Virus record (IMG/VR): IMGVR_UViG_3300037493_006316
Location: 22,224 to 86,223 of that record
Length of the DNA: 64,000 nt
Source of the DNA: a virus
Strand: one strand, 5' to 3'
Positions within the stretch are counted from its first letter, which is position 1. Each line of letters opens with the position of its first letter. The notes beneath the pieces were generated by a model. That model did no database searches. It had not been told where the DNA came from and saw only the letters and a program-made list of their open reading frames with translations. The translations under genes and the position numbers were made by a program. This document shows, in pieces, positions 19,143 to 28,896 of this stretch.

Positions 19143-19801
19143 GTGGCCCTCGTTGCGCGCGTGGAGAGGGTGCCGCCCCCGGCCGCCTGATCGGCCGCGA
19201 GCCGGATCAGTGCAGACGCTGTGTCGGGGGTGAGCGTGCCGGCCGCGAGCCCGATGGCCACGACCTCGGTGAACACGCTGATGAGCAGGTCGAACAGCTC
19301 AGGCGCGAAGGCCAGTCGATGGCCGCCCGGCCCGCCAAGCTCCACACGGGGCGCGTAGGCCTTGATCGCCTTGCTGGCGTCGAGTCGCACTCCGGCGCCC
19401 TGGCCGCCGCCGACCTCGAGGTTGACCGTGCCGGTCGACACGCCAGCGTCGGACTTGAAGTCCAGCGCGAGCTTGAGGTTGTCGCGCGCCGGTGCGTCGC
19501 TGGGCTTCTTGGCCAGGCCCGACTCGTCGGTGGAGGGCCGGATCGACCCGAGCACCACCGGTGAGCGCGCCTTGCCGCGGATGAAGCCGACGACGACCAA
19601 GTCGCCCTCGACGATGAAGGCCGCCCCCGACGTGCCCAACGGCACCCAGATCCGCGGGAACCACTGCGCGCCGGACGGCTGCACGATGGAGTAGGTGTCC
19701 TCATCGAACTGGCCGCCGCTCTCGATGCGCAGCACGCGCCGACCGCCGACCAGCACGATCCGGCCGGTCTCGATGGTCGGAAACGTGCCGCCCTGGCCCA
19801 T
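19139..19801 (-). CDS. baseplate spike / gpV-like protein
   Basis: GDLVVVGFIRGKARSPVVLGSI OB-fold-like motif; follows the hub gene. Confidence 0.6.
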   Translation of the reverse strand: MGQGGTFPTIETGRIVLVGGRRVLRIESGGQFDEDTYSIVQPSGAQWFPRIWVPLGTSGAAFIVEGDLVVVGFIRGKARSPVVLGSIRPSTDESGLAKKPSDAPARDNLKLALDFKSDAGVSTGTVNLEVGGGQGAGVRLDASKAIKAYAPRVELGGPGGHRLAFAPELFDLLISVFTEVVAIGLAAGTLTPDTASALIRLAADQAAGGGTLSTRATRAT

Positions 19802-21360
19802 CAGGTCTCCGCGAAGTGCAGGGGGTTCGTCGGCGGGGCGTCGAGAGTGATCTCGACCTTCAGCGCGTCGATGAGCGGCCCGTTGTAGCCCCGGGTGAGC
19901 CGCAGCGTGCACTCGTAGGGTGAGCCCACCGACCACGACCACGTCACCTGCGTGCAGTAGAAGTGCACGCCCTCGCGCAGGCCGAAGGTCGCCGCCGGCG
20001 GCAGGGGAGGGACCTCCTCAGGCAGGAACACCGGGTCGCCCGGGCGGTAGTTGTCGTTGCCCTCAACGGTGATGGACCCGCTGAGCATGCGCGCCGACGC
20101 CCAGTACCAGTTGAACAGGCGGTTGCGGGCGTTCGTGGCCTCGTTGACCAGCTGGCTGTCGTAGGCGGCCGCGCCCTCGGCGCGCTGTGCCAGGTCGCCA
20201 CCCACAAGGCTCAGGGCGGCGCGGTAGCTGCGCAGGCCGTACCTGCGGGCCGCCCAGGTGTCGACCAGCGGGTAGCTCAGGCCGGCGCCACCAGCGTCGG
20301 AGCCCAACAGGTACTCGCTGGTCACGAGGTAGTGCGAGCACACCGACCGGTCGTCGATCCCCAGCGCTGTGCGCCAGATCTGGTCGTTGGTGAACTCGTG
20401 GTAGGGCTTGGCCTCGATGAGCGTGACGAGGTCCTCGCGCCCCGAGTAGGCGCTGGTGACGCGTGCGCGCTCGAGCTTGGGGTCGTCGAACGGCTTGGGC
20501 CGGATGATGAGCACCGGCTGGCACACCGGATCGAACTTGCCCGGCAGGGTCTCCCGCGGGATGTCGTCGACCCGCAGCTCGAACAGGTCGGCGTCGATCA
20601 ACGTCTGCAGGAAGCCCCACACCGTGCCCGCGTACTGGTTGAGGCTCTGGTTCCACAGCCGCACGTCGGTCGGGGCGATGAACGTCTCGGCGTCAATGAT
20701 CTCGGCCGCGCTCGCTGCCGAGCGGGGCGACGTCGGCGCGCCGAACGCGTTCCGGAGCGCAGGGACCTGCAGCGTCGAGCCGAACCGCAGCGCAAAGAGG
20801 GCCGCCTGCGACACTTCGGCGCCCAGGAAGGTGAAGCCCTCGTCACCCTCTGCGCCCCGGGCGGGCCCGCGCAGGCCGTAGATCATCTGCAGCAGAGGGT
20901 GGTCGCTGCCCAGCGCCGCGGCGATCTTGCGCTCGAAGTCGGCCTGCGTGGGGCCCAGCACCGTGCTCAGCACGATGTGATCGTTCACGAGCAGCTTGCC
21001 CATCGTCCGGCCGCTCAGGGTGACGGCCACCGATGCCGTGCCGCTCCCGTTGCGAATGGCCTGCTGCCGCTGCACCTCGACACGGTCGACGAGGCCCAGC
21101 GTGATGCCGCCGGGGCGGTCGTAGCCGATGCTGACCACGTCGTTGGGCTGCACGGCCCGCAGCCACCAGGACTGGTCACGGGTCTTGCCCGGCAGATCTG
21201 CGGGGCCCGACGTGCGCGGGGCCAAGCGCAGGGTCCAGGTGCCGACGGGGCCGTCCACGTCCTTCTGCACCTGCAGGGCGAGCACCTCGCCGCTGATGTC
21301 GACCTTGCCGACGAACGGGTCGGCGGCGAACAGCCAGACGTGGGGGCGACCGAGGTTCAA
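19801..21360 (-). CDS. baseplate hub / late control D-like protein
   Basis: QKDVDGPVGTWTLRL, LSGRTMGKLL, SGSITVEGN..YRPG; follows tape measure. Confidence 0.7.
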   Translation of the reverse strand: MNLGRPHVWLFAADPFVGKVDISGEVLALQVQKDVDGPVGTWTLRLAPRTSGPADLPGKTRDQSWWLRAVQPNDVVSIGYDRPGGITLGLVDRVEVQRQQAIRNGSGTASVAVTLSGRTMGKLLVNDHIVLSTVLGPTQADFERKIAAALGSDHPLLQMIYGLRGPARGAEGDEGFTFLGAEVSQAALFALRFGSTLQVPALRNAFGAPTSPRSAASAAEIIDAETFIAPTDVRLWNQSLNQYAGTVWGFLQTLIDADLFELRVDDIPRETLPGKFDPVCQPVLIIRPKPFDDPKLERARVTSAYSGREDLVTLIEAKPYHEFTNDQIWRTALGIDDRSVCSHYLVTSEYLLGSDAGGAGLSYPLVDTWAARRYGLRSYRAALSLVGGDLAQRAEGAAAYDSQLVNEATNARNRLFNWYWASARMLSGSITVEGNDNYRPGDPVFLPEEVPPLPPAATFGLREGVHFYCTQVTWSWSVGSPYECTLRLTRGYNGPLIDALKVEITLDAPPTNPLHFAET

Positions 21361-23171
21361 TTGCCGCTCCCGGCCGGGCCAACCCCGGACCCAGGCGTGT
21401 TCATGGCGCGCCCGGCGTTGTCTGGCGACTGGCCGAGAATGCCGATCCGCGTGGCGTATTCGGAGGGCGAGAAGTCACGCACCCAAGCTGCGGTCTCGCC
21501 TGCTTGGTTGACCATCTCGGGCACCCCGCGCTGGACGCCTTGCGCGGCGCCGCGGAAGAACTCTGGCGCGCCCATGTTGCGGCTCGCCCCTTCAATGGCG
21601 CCGGTGAGCTCTTTCAGCGCGCCGACCGCGCCGCTGACCATGCCCGGGATGTCGCTCGCCTTGAAGCCCGTCAGGTTGCCTAGGGTCTTGACGAGGTCCA
21701 TGACCATGTCCCGCAGGCCCATGATGAGCGTCGTGGCCGGCCCACCGATGGCCATCTGGATCGCCTCGGTCTCGACGGCGAACCCTTCACCAGCGCCGAT
21801 GCGCCCGGGGGCCCGGCCAAGGCCCGCGAACCCGCTCTTGCCGTAGGTCGCGCGCTCGCCCTGGTCGAGGCTGCCCATGAACGCGCGCAGAGCCTCGGGG
21901 TCGCCCTCGCCGATGACCCCTTGCAGCTGCGCAAGGCCCTCCGCCGTCCCGAAGCGGTCGACCATGGCCTCGAGCTCGTGCGCCTTGAGCGCGCCGCCCG
22001 TGGCGCTTTTGAGCGCCTGGAAGGTCGCCGTCCGGCCAAGCCCCATGCGCTGGAAGCCGGCGAACATGTCGGCGATGTTGCGCGGGTCGTAGGCGCCGGC
22101 CTCCAGACGCTTCTGGGCCTCGATGTAGCCGGGCCCGCCCTCTTCGCCGTAGCCCATCATCCGCAGCCGGAAGACGTCGGTGGCTGGGTTGCGCATGCCC
22201 TCGGACAGGCGCCCGAGCAGCTCGGCTGCCGAGCGTCCGCGCCCCCGCTCGTCGCCGGGGCCGAACGCCATCCCGGGGATCTGCGTCAGGGCGGCGAGCT
22301 GATCCAGGTCAGCGCGACCGGTCTGCCGGAACATGGCCTCGGCCAACGTCGTCTGCGACTCCAAGAACTCGCCCAGGCGGCCCTGGCCCATGCCCTGCAG
22401 CGAGGCCCGGCCGGCCATGCGGGCCATCTCCGAGCTGGTCAACTGCCCGCCCGACAGGTTGCCGATGCGCCCCAACGTGGCCGCGGCGGTCTGCGGGTCC
22501 AGGCCGCGGTCGCGGGCGAACCCGACGATGCGGTTGTAGTCGCCGCGGGTCACCTGGTCGGTTTGCCGGCCGAGAGCCTCGACGATGGCGGCGTTCTTGC
22601 TGATCGTGTAGCCGTAGCTGTAGCCGAAGGTCGCGACCTCGCTGCCGGTCTCGCGGAACTGGCGCCCCAGCTGCGTGACGGTGCCCGACAGCTCCATGAA
22701 CTTCGAGGCCGCTGACGACAGGATGCCGATCAGGCTGGTGCCCAGGCCGAAGCCTGCGGCGGCCGCGGCGCCCTGCGCCAAGCTCGACGCCGTGTCGCGC
22801 CAGCCCGAGCCCTCTCGCTGCGGCGCCTGGGGCCGCCCCAGGCTGCCACCCTGGCCGCCCTGGGCCGGCGCGGGGCCCGGCGCCGGAGCGCCGCCCTGTG
22901 GGCCGCCAGCGCCGGGAGGCGGGGGGCCAAGGCCGCCACCGGCCGGCGGCGGGGTGCCTGGCGGCGCCGGCGGCGCGGCCGAGGGGGACGGCGGGGCGCC
23001 TGCGTTGGCGCCTCCGCCCACAGCGCCCGCGCCGCCCGGGGCGCCCGCCAGAGAGGCCAGGGCCATGCTCAGCGCGTCGGTGTCCGCCTTGGCGCCGCGC
23101 AGCTCGGCACGGAGCGCCTGCAAGCCCGCCAGCTCGGCCTGTGTGCGGATCTTCAGGGTGGTCTCACCCAT
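21357..23171 (-). CDS. tape measure protein
   Basis: 604 aa Ala/Gly-rich helical protein after tube and chaperones. Confidence 0.75.
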   Translation of the reverse strand: MGETTLKIRTQAELAGLQALRAELRGAKADTDALSMALASLAGAPGGAGAVGGGANAGAPPSPSAAPPAPPGTPPPAGGGLGPPPPGAGGPQGGAPAPGPAPAQGGQGGSLGRPQAPQREGSGWRDTASSLAQGAAAAAGFGLGTSLIGILSSAASKFMELSGTVTQLGRQFRETGSEVATFGYSYGYTISKNAAIVEALGRQTDQVTRGDYNRIVGFARDRGLDPQTAAATLGRIGNLSGGQLTSSEMARMAGRASLQGMGQGRLGEFLESQTTLAEAMFRQTGRADLDQLAALTQIPGMAFGPGDERGRGRSAAELLGRLSEGMRNPATDVFRLRMMGYGEEGGPGYIEAQKRLEAGAYDPRNIADMFAGFQRMGLGRTATFQALKSATGGALKAHELEAMVDRFGTAEGLAQLQGVIGEGDPEALRAFMGSLDQGERATYGKSGFAGLGRAPGRIGAGEGFAVETEAIQMAIGGPATTLIMGLRDMVMDLVKTLGNLTGFKASDIPGMVSGAVGALKELTGAIEGASRNMGAPEFFRGAAQGVQRGVPEMVNQAGETAAWVRDFSPSEYATRIGILGQSPDNAGRAMNTPGSGVGPAGSGN

Positions 23172-23550
23172 GCGCCCTCCCGAGGCTCAGCCGCGGCGCC
23201 TTGGGCGGCGCAGGCTCTGCTGGGGCAGCACCTATCGCGCGCAGGCGCGCCAAGGTCGCCGGGTCGCTGAGCCAGGCCTGCGCGTTCGACGTCATCTCCG
23301 CCTGCGCCTGCTTGTTGGTGGCGATCTTCCACACGTCCGAGAGGCCCGGGTTGCGCCGGAGCATCTCCCGCTCGTCAGCCAAGCGGTCGGCGTAAAGGTC
23401 CACCAGCATGTCGGTCTCGGTGAGATCCAACAGCGCAGGGTCGGCCGCAGAGAGGTTCCACCGCCGCCTGTAGGCGAAGCGCAGCGAGCTCGCCCGCTCG
23501 CGCGCCTGCTCGATCAGCCAAGCGTCCTTGCCGCCCTCCAGGTCCGGCAA
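23164..23550 (-). CDS. tail assembly chaperone GT-like C-terminal part, reached by -1 frameshift
   Basis: Frame is open from the slippery site at 23592 through this ORF; YRRRWNLSAADPALLDLT. Confidence 0.75.
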   Translation of the reverse strand: MPDLEGGKDAWLIEQARERASSLRFAYRRRWNLSAADPALLDLTETDMLVDLYADRLADEREMLRRNPGLSDVWKIATNKQAQAEMTSNAQAWLSDPATLARLRAIGAAPAEPAPPKAPRLSLGRAHG

Positions 23551-23564
23551 AGGGCCGGCGACGC

Positions 23565-24101
23565 TCAGCGCCCGGAGGACAGCGCTTTTCCCGCGCGGAA
23601 GTCGACCACAGCCTCGTCGTAGGCGGCCTGCAGGGCGTCAATGGCAGCGTCACCCGCCACCACGCCGTCGAGCTTGCGCCAGGACTCAGGCCCGCGCAGG
23701 AAGCACGCGTTCCAGCGCCCCACCCACTCAGCCCGCTGAACGCTCGCCCGGGCGCGCAGGAACGCGTCCTTGAGCGGGCTGTTCAGTCGGCGGAACACCT
23801 CGTCACGCGCGGCCTCGCGCTCGTCGTCGGGGATGCCGGGGCCGGCCTCCTCGTCGCACTCCTGCGCCACCGCGGAGTACAGGTCGCGCACAGCCGCAGC
23901 CAGCTCGGCCTGCTCACGGAAGCCGCCGAGGAAGGCGGTCATCGCGCGCTCGGCCGCGGCCTGCTGCCGCACGGTGGGGTCGCCCTCGAGCACAACCTCG
24001 AGGGCCTCGGCCGGGTCGGTCGACCACCCACCGCCTGCGGTGACGAAGTGCGCCACGCCGTCGACGATGCGCGTGCCGCGCACCTTGACCGGGAAGCTCA
24101 C
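23565..24101 (-). CDS. tail assembly chaperone (G-like)
   Basis: Between tube and tape measure; GTGA overlap with tube stop; slippery heptamer near 3' end. Confidence 0.7.
   Translation of the reverse strand: MSFPVKVRGTRIVDGVAHFVTAGGGWSTDPAEALEVVLEGDPTVRQQAAAERAMTAFLGGFREQAELAAAVRDLYSAVAQECDEEAGPGIPDDEREAARDEVFRRLNSPLKDAFLRARASVQRAEWVGRWNACFLRGPESWRKLDGVVAGDAAIDALQAAYDEAVVDFRAGKALSSGR
23586..23592 (-). other. programmed -1 ribosomal frameshift site G GGA AAA
   Basis: GCG GGA AAA in chaperone frame; -1 frame reads GKSAVLRALSVAGPLPDLEGGK with no stop into 23164-23550. Confidence 0.85.
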
Positions 24102-24577
24102 GAGCCCGCCAGGGCGGCCCACTCGGCGCCGTTGTAGGCGCGCGAGAAGACCATGCTGAGGTTCGTGGTCATCGCGCCGCGGGCCCCGTGGCTGTCGCTG
24201 ACGCCGGTGATCCGCGCCTTGGTGAGCACCCGCAGGGGGGTGCCCGCGCCGGCGCGCCCGGGGGCGATGCGCTCGATCACGGTGTAGCTCTTGCCGATGA
24301 AGCTCTGGCGGGTCGGGATCGACTCCGCCCAGGCGGGGGTGAAGAAGGCCGAGATGTCGGCCCGGCCGGTGTGCCGGTCCTGCACGAACTCGTCAACACC
24401 GTCGTTGCCGGCCTCTTCGACGGGGGTGACGGCGAACTCTTGGGTGAGGTTCATCGAGCTCGCGGCGCCGATGATGGGCGCGCCCGGGTCCGCTGCGTCG
24501 AAGATGAGGATCTCGACGCCGGCGCCGGACTGCTTCTCGCGGAACTCCGGCAGGGCCTGGAAGTCGCTGTAGGACAT
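24098..24577 (-). CDS. tail tube protein
   Basis: 159 aa directly after sheath; IIGAASSMNLTQEFAVTPVEEAG. Confidence 0.75.
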   Translation of the reverse strand: MSYSDFQALPEFREKQSGAGVEILIFDAADPGAPIIGAASSMNLTQEFAVTPVEEAGNDGVDEFVQDRHTGRADISAFFTPAWAESIPTRQSFIGKSYTVIERIAPGRAGAGTPLRVLTKARITGVSDSHGARGAMTTNLSMVFSRAYNGAEWAALAGS

Positions 24578-24578
24578 G

Positions 24579-26339
24579 TCACACCAGCAGGTTGAGGGTG
24601 GAGCCGATGAAGTCGACGGTCTTCGGCGGCGAGCCGGTCCAGGTCACGTTGTAGCCGGCGCCCGAGGCGTCCTCGGTCACCGTCAGCACCCGGCCGGTGC
24701 CGGCCCGCAGCCAGCCGCGGTCGGCGATCTGGCCGAGCTTGGCCACCATCACCGACCGGATGCTGTCCGGGTCCACGCCGTCGGCGCCCTGCTGCGCACC
24801 CAGCGCATCGAGCATGGCCGCGTCGACCGCGTCGGCGAGGTCCCGCTGCATCACGAGGCAGCTCGCGTTGGCCGCGGTGTCCCAGGCCTGCAGGTTGGTC
24901 TGGTAGGTGCTCAGGCCCTGCTGGATGACGTAGCGCTTCTCCCGGTCGTACCGCAGGCGGTTGGTGACCACGCCCGCGCGGGTGAGCGACGTCAGCTCAC
25001 CGAGCCCGTCCTCATTCCAGGTGACCTCGCTCGGCTCGATGGGGTAGGCGTCGCCGGTCAGGTTGTGGGCGACACCGCCCGCGCACCGCGCGCCCCAGAC
25101 GAAGGCGGCCCGGGTCAGGTGCGCGCCCAGGTAGCCCATGCCGTTGGCCACCAGACAGAAGTCCTGGCTGTTGAGCGCCCGCGCCCGGAAGACCGGGGAC
25201 GTGGAGTCGCTGGCCGAGACCACGACGTCGCCCCAGCCGCAGCCCGCGGTGACGTTGACCGGCCGGCGCCGGCTGCGCATGGAGCGGGCCCAGGTCGCGA
25301 ACGACGCGTGCGCCGTCGTCGAGCTCGTGGCGATGAAGAACGCCCGCATGAGGCGGCCCTCGGCGAGGGCAAAGTCGTCGTACATGCCCGCGTCGAGCAG
25401 GCTGATCAGGTCGGCGTAGTCGGTGGCGGTCGCGGCCGGGCTCTCGCCCGGGGTGACGGTACCCCACGTGCTGATCTGCTTGAGCGGGGTCGCGCTCGAC
25501 AGGTAGGCCACCGGCGCGGCGCCCGTGTAGGTGCCGGTCTTGGTGCAGTCGATCAGCCTGGACGTGTAGCGCGCCCAGGTGAAGAACTGCGCCGTGGTCG
25601 TGATGCCGGTCGCGGTCTCGCTGGCGGTCGTGTCGTACACCACCGCGTAGGGGAAGTCGGCCAGGGTCAGCGTCACGGTCACGCTCGACGCGAGGTCGAT
25701 CCAGTACCGCTTCTGCCCGTTGGCCAGCGTCTCCTCGCCGGAGCCCGACACGACGGCGGCCACGTTGTTCGTGTCGTTGTCGCCGAGCTCCATCGCGAGG
25801 CCGGGCACGGCCCAGCTGTTGTCGGCCACGTAGATCCGCGTGCCGGAGCTGAACGCCTCGGTCACCGCGGTGAAGCGCTTCAGCGGAATGACCTCAACCG
25901 CCCCGCCCGACGTCCACTTCAGCTTCATGAACGTCGGGGGCGCCCCGAACAGGCGCGGAAACACGTTCAGCTCGGCGACCGGGCCCGTGCTCGGGCACAC
26001 CACGTTGCCGCGCACCAGCGCCGAGGCGTTGATGAAGAACGACCCCTCATGTCCAGCCCGCGCGGCCCACTCGGCGGCCTGGACGGCCTCAGCGTCCCGC
26101 GCCTGGCCCATCACCGACGCGGCCGTGGTGTTGGTGCCGAAGAAGGTCCAGGGCGCAAAGCTCTCGTGAGCCTCCCGCTCGGCCTTGGCCGTGTACGGGA
26201 TGCCCTGGGGCGCGCTGCCGACCAGGATCGGCGTGTGGAACTCGGGCAGCGGGGTCGGGGTCCCGCTCACCGCTCGCACCAGGCTGTAGACGCCCGGAAC
26301 GTAGACCTCAGCGCCATCCGGGGTAGTGAACAAGGGCAT
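24579..26339 (-). CDS. tail sheath protein
   Basis: YVPGVYS N-terminus, ARALNS, IQQGLSTY, C-terminal PKTVDFI; 586 aa. Confidence 0.85.
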   Translation of the reverse strand: MPLFTTPDGAEVYVPGVYSLVRAVSGTPTPLPEFHTPILVGSAPQGIPYTAKAEREAHESFAPWTFFGTNTTAASVMGQARDAEAVQAAEWAARAGHEGSFFINASALVRGNVVCPSTGPVAELNVFPRLFGAPPTFMKLKWTSGGAVEVIPLKRFTAVTEAFSSGTRIYVADNSWAVPGLAMELGDNDTNNVAAVVSGSGEETLANGQKRYWIDLASSVTVTLTLADFPYAVVYDTTASETATGITTTAQFFTWARYTSRLIDCTKTGTYTGAAPVAYLSSATPLKQISTWGTVTPGESPAATATDYADLISLLDAGMYDDFALAEGRLMRAFFIATSSTTAHASFATWARSMRSRRRPVNVTAGCGWGDVVVSASDSTSPVFRARALNSQDFCLVANGMGYLGAHLTRAAFVWGARCAGGVAHNLTGDAYPIEPSEVTWNEDGLGELTSLTRAGVVTNRLRYDREKRYVIQQGLSTYQTNLQAWDTAANASCLVMQRDLADAVDAAMLDALGAQQGADGVDPDSIRSVMVAKLGQIADRGWLRAGTGRVLTVTEDASGAGYNVTWTGSPPKTVDFIGSTLNLLV

Positions 26340-26348
26340 GGGGGCCTC

Positions 26349-27107
26349 TCAGTAGAAGGTGCCAGGGAGGACTTGGAACCCGCCGGGCTTCGGGCCGATG
26401 CGGTCGGTGTAGGTCACAGCATAGCGCGCCGAGACCTTGAGCACCGGCACCGACGCTATTGCCGGCTGCATCTGCGGGGATGGGGCGATGCCGCCATGGG
26501 ACATGTCGAGCGCCAGCAGGCCGAGCGTGTCGATCAGCCAGCCCTTGCGCTCAAACAGCACCCGGTGCGCCGCGGCGTGGAGCGCCTCGGCGAGCTCACC
26601 GCTCAGCGACCACACGGCGATCTCGACGCTTTCGGCGATGATGCCGGCCCGCACGCGGTGCTCGATCACCGGGGCCAGCCGCACGGACTCGTAGCCGTCC
26701 GGCGCGGGCCCGATGAACTCCTGCTCGGTGCCGTCGGGCATGACCGCCACCGCCGGCCGGAGCTGCTGCGTGCTCGAGTACAGGTGGTCGGCCGCGGTGG
26801 CCTCGTCGGGCTGCTCGCCGCCGGTCATGACGTTGATCGACAGCGCGGGCATCTGCGCGTCGCCAGCCGGGTAGGCCGACACGATGCGCAGGCGCTGGTC
26901 GGTGCTGAGCACGCACGCCTTCAGCTTGGTGCGCAGCTCGGCCGCACGCTCTGCGTAGTCCGGGGTGCGCAGGCGGGTCTGCTCGGTCAGCAGCTCGATC
27001 AGCGCGGCGTCGTCGTTCACCAGCTCGACAAGGCCGCGCCAGAGCACATCGCGGAGCGCGCGAGACAGGGTCCCGAGCGAGCGGGCGCCGTTGGGTCGAA
27101 CGGTCAT
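26349..27107 (-). CDS. tail completion/terminator-like protein
   Basis: Precedes sheath; AYPAGDAQMPALSI; ATGA coupling. Confidence 0.55.
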   Translation of the reverse strand: MTVRPNGARSLGTLSRALRDVLWRGLVELVNDDAALIELLTEQTRLRTPDYAERAAELRTKLKACVLSTDQRLRIVSAYPAGDAQMPALSINVMTGGEQPDEATAADHLYSSTQQLRPAVAVMPDGTEQEFIGPAPDGYESVRLAPVIEHRVRAGIIAESVEIAVWSLSGELAEALHAAAHRVLFERKGWLIDTLGLLALDMSHGGIAPSPQMQPAIASVPVLKVSARYAVTYTDRIGPKPGGFQVLPGTFY

Positions 27108-28087
27108 CGCGAGCCCCCAGGGGCGGCCGAGGGGTCGATCACGGACATAACGGCCTGCGAGAACAGCTCGCCCAGCTCGGGTCCGCTGTCGATGGCGGCC
27201 GCCGTGCGCGCCGCGACGTAGTAGCCGGTCATCGCGGGGATGTTCCACCCGTCGCTGTCGGGCGTGAGGGTGCGGATCGTCAGGTAGCGCGTGTGGCCCG
27301 GGCCGCCGGTCTTGATCATCCCCTCGAAGCGGCTGGTCTTCCACTCGGGGTTGACGAGGTCCTTGCCGCGGCGGCCGGCGGCGACCACGCGGGCGCCCCG
27401 GCGCTCTTGCACCAGCTGCCCGGTGTGCGGGTCCGGCGCGAATGACGTCGAGGTCTGGCCCCGCCGCATGCGCGTCTCGGTGCCGCCCTTGCCGAGGTCC
27501 TCGGTCCGGTAGGTGTCCCGCTGCAGGAATCGGCCCTGGCCGCCGCCGGCCGGCGCCGGCGCGCGCACGGGGCCGCGGTTGTTGGCCACCCGCCAGACCT
27601 GCCGCTTGGCCTGCTCGTACACCGCCTGCGGCATCTGCGCCTTGGAGGCAGACTTGGTCATGCCGCCACCGGGCTGACCTGGCACGGTGTGGCGGAAGGG
27701 GATGTGCAGGTAGGGCCGGCCCGACTCGCCGATCTTGATGCTGCCCCCGGTGTTACCCCAGTCGATCTTGTCGGCCAGCCGGAACGCGCCGTGGCCCTCT
27801 TCGACGATGGAGGCATGGGGTGCGGTGTTGGTGACCATCAGCTCCACACCCACGCCCACGCCGCCGTCGGGCATGCGGGTGACCTCGACGCGGCCCTCGT
27901 CGGTGATGCCGTTGCGGTACTCGCCGGTGTCGAACGCGCCGAGCTCGATGGCAGCCAGGCCCCACACCTGCTTGACGTACTCGCCCGCCAACAGCGCGCC
28001 CCGCTCGAGCGCGGCCGAGAGCCGGCCAGCGTCGAGGTCCATGTCCAGGGGCGCGCCCTCGATCCGCACGTCGCTCAGCAGAGGCAT
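27104..28087 (-). CDS. neck / tail completion protein
   Basis: TGEYRNGI, NTAPHASIVEEG, PYLHIPFRH, YLTIRTLTPDSDGWNIP. Confidence 0.65.
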   Translation of the reverse strand: MPLLSDVRIEGAPLDMDLDAGRLSAALERGALLAGEYVKQVWGLAAIELGAFDTGEYRNGITDEGRVEVTRMPDGGVGVGVELMVTNTAPHASIVEEGHGAFRLADKIDWGNTGGSIKIGESGRPYLHIPFRHTVPGQPGGGMTKSASKAQMPQAVYEQAKRQVWRVANNRGPVRAPAPAGGGQGRFLQRDTYRTEDLGKGGTETRMRRGQTSTSFAPDPHTGQLVQERRGARVVAAGRRGKDLVNPEWKTSRFEGMIKTGGPGHTRYLTIRTLTPDSDGWNIPAMTGYYVAARTAAAIDSGPELGELFSQAVMSVIDPSAAPGGSR

Positions 28088-28896
28088 CAGCGCAGACCCT
28101 CCTCGCCCCAGCGGTCCAGGCGGTGTAGTTGCGCGTGGTAGGGCATCGACGCTCCGGCCTCCATCCGCGCCCGGGGCGCGCTCTCGGCGACCATGTAGAC
28201 CGCCTGCGCGCGGTAGCGCAGGGACACGGCGCGGCCACGCTCGGGGCCCTGGCCCGGCCTCCAGACGATGTAGGTCTGGCGGTCGACCCGCTCAAGCGTG
28301 AAGTGCACGCCCTGCCGCAGCTCAATGGCGCCGGTCGGCCCGCGCACCGCGCAAAACTCGACCGCCAGGACGTTCGGGTAGAGCAGGCGGTCGCGCTCGG
28401 GCTCAACCGCCCGCGGGGGCGGCTCGGGGCCCCAGTCCATCTCGGACCGGTCAGCGAGATCGGGCATGCCGCCGCGGTAGAGCAACTGCGCGACCACGTG
28501 CTCCTCACCCTCTGGCCAGAGCTGATCGCCGCGCCCAGGGATGAGCGGCACGTCCTCGCTGATGGACGACTGGAAGGTGGCCGACAGGTGGCCCGTGGTC
28601 ATCTGCCCAACCGACAGAGCGCGCGTGCTGGCGTCCCGGGACGTCAGCAGCACGGTCGTGTGCACGTCGAGGCTCGACGGGTACAGCAGGCCCGTGCCGA
28701 AGCAGTCGGGGCAGTCGACGGCGGCCTGCTCGCTCGCCGCGCGGCGGCAGGGGCAGACCATCGCCCGACGCAGGCGCCCGCAGGTGCCGTGCTGGGCGAT
28801 GAAGCTGTCGAACTCTTCTGGATCGAAGTGCACCGGCGTGAAGCTGGTCGCCTTCGCGAACAGCTCGTCAACGCTCGGCAGCCCGCGCTGGCTCAT
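28087..28896 (-). CDS. head-tail joining (neck) protein with Zn-finger
   Basis: FDPEEFDSFI..HG, CPC...CPDCFGTG, as in SPO1/Twort-type neck proteins. Confidence 0.65.
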   Translation of the reverse strand: MSQRGLPSVDELFAKATSFTPVHFDPEEFDSFIAQHGTCGRLRRAMVCPCRRAASEQAAVDCPDCFGTGLLYPSSLDVHTTVLLTSRDASTRALSVGQMTTGHLSATFQSSISEDVPLIPGRGDQLWPEGEEHVVAQLLYRGGMPDLADRSEMDWGPEPPPRAVEPERDRLLYPNVLAVEFCAVRGPTGAIELRQGVHFTLERVDRQTYIVWRPGQGPERGRAVSLRYRAQAVYMVAESAPRARMEAGASMPYHAQLHRLDRWGEEGLR

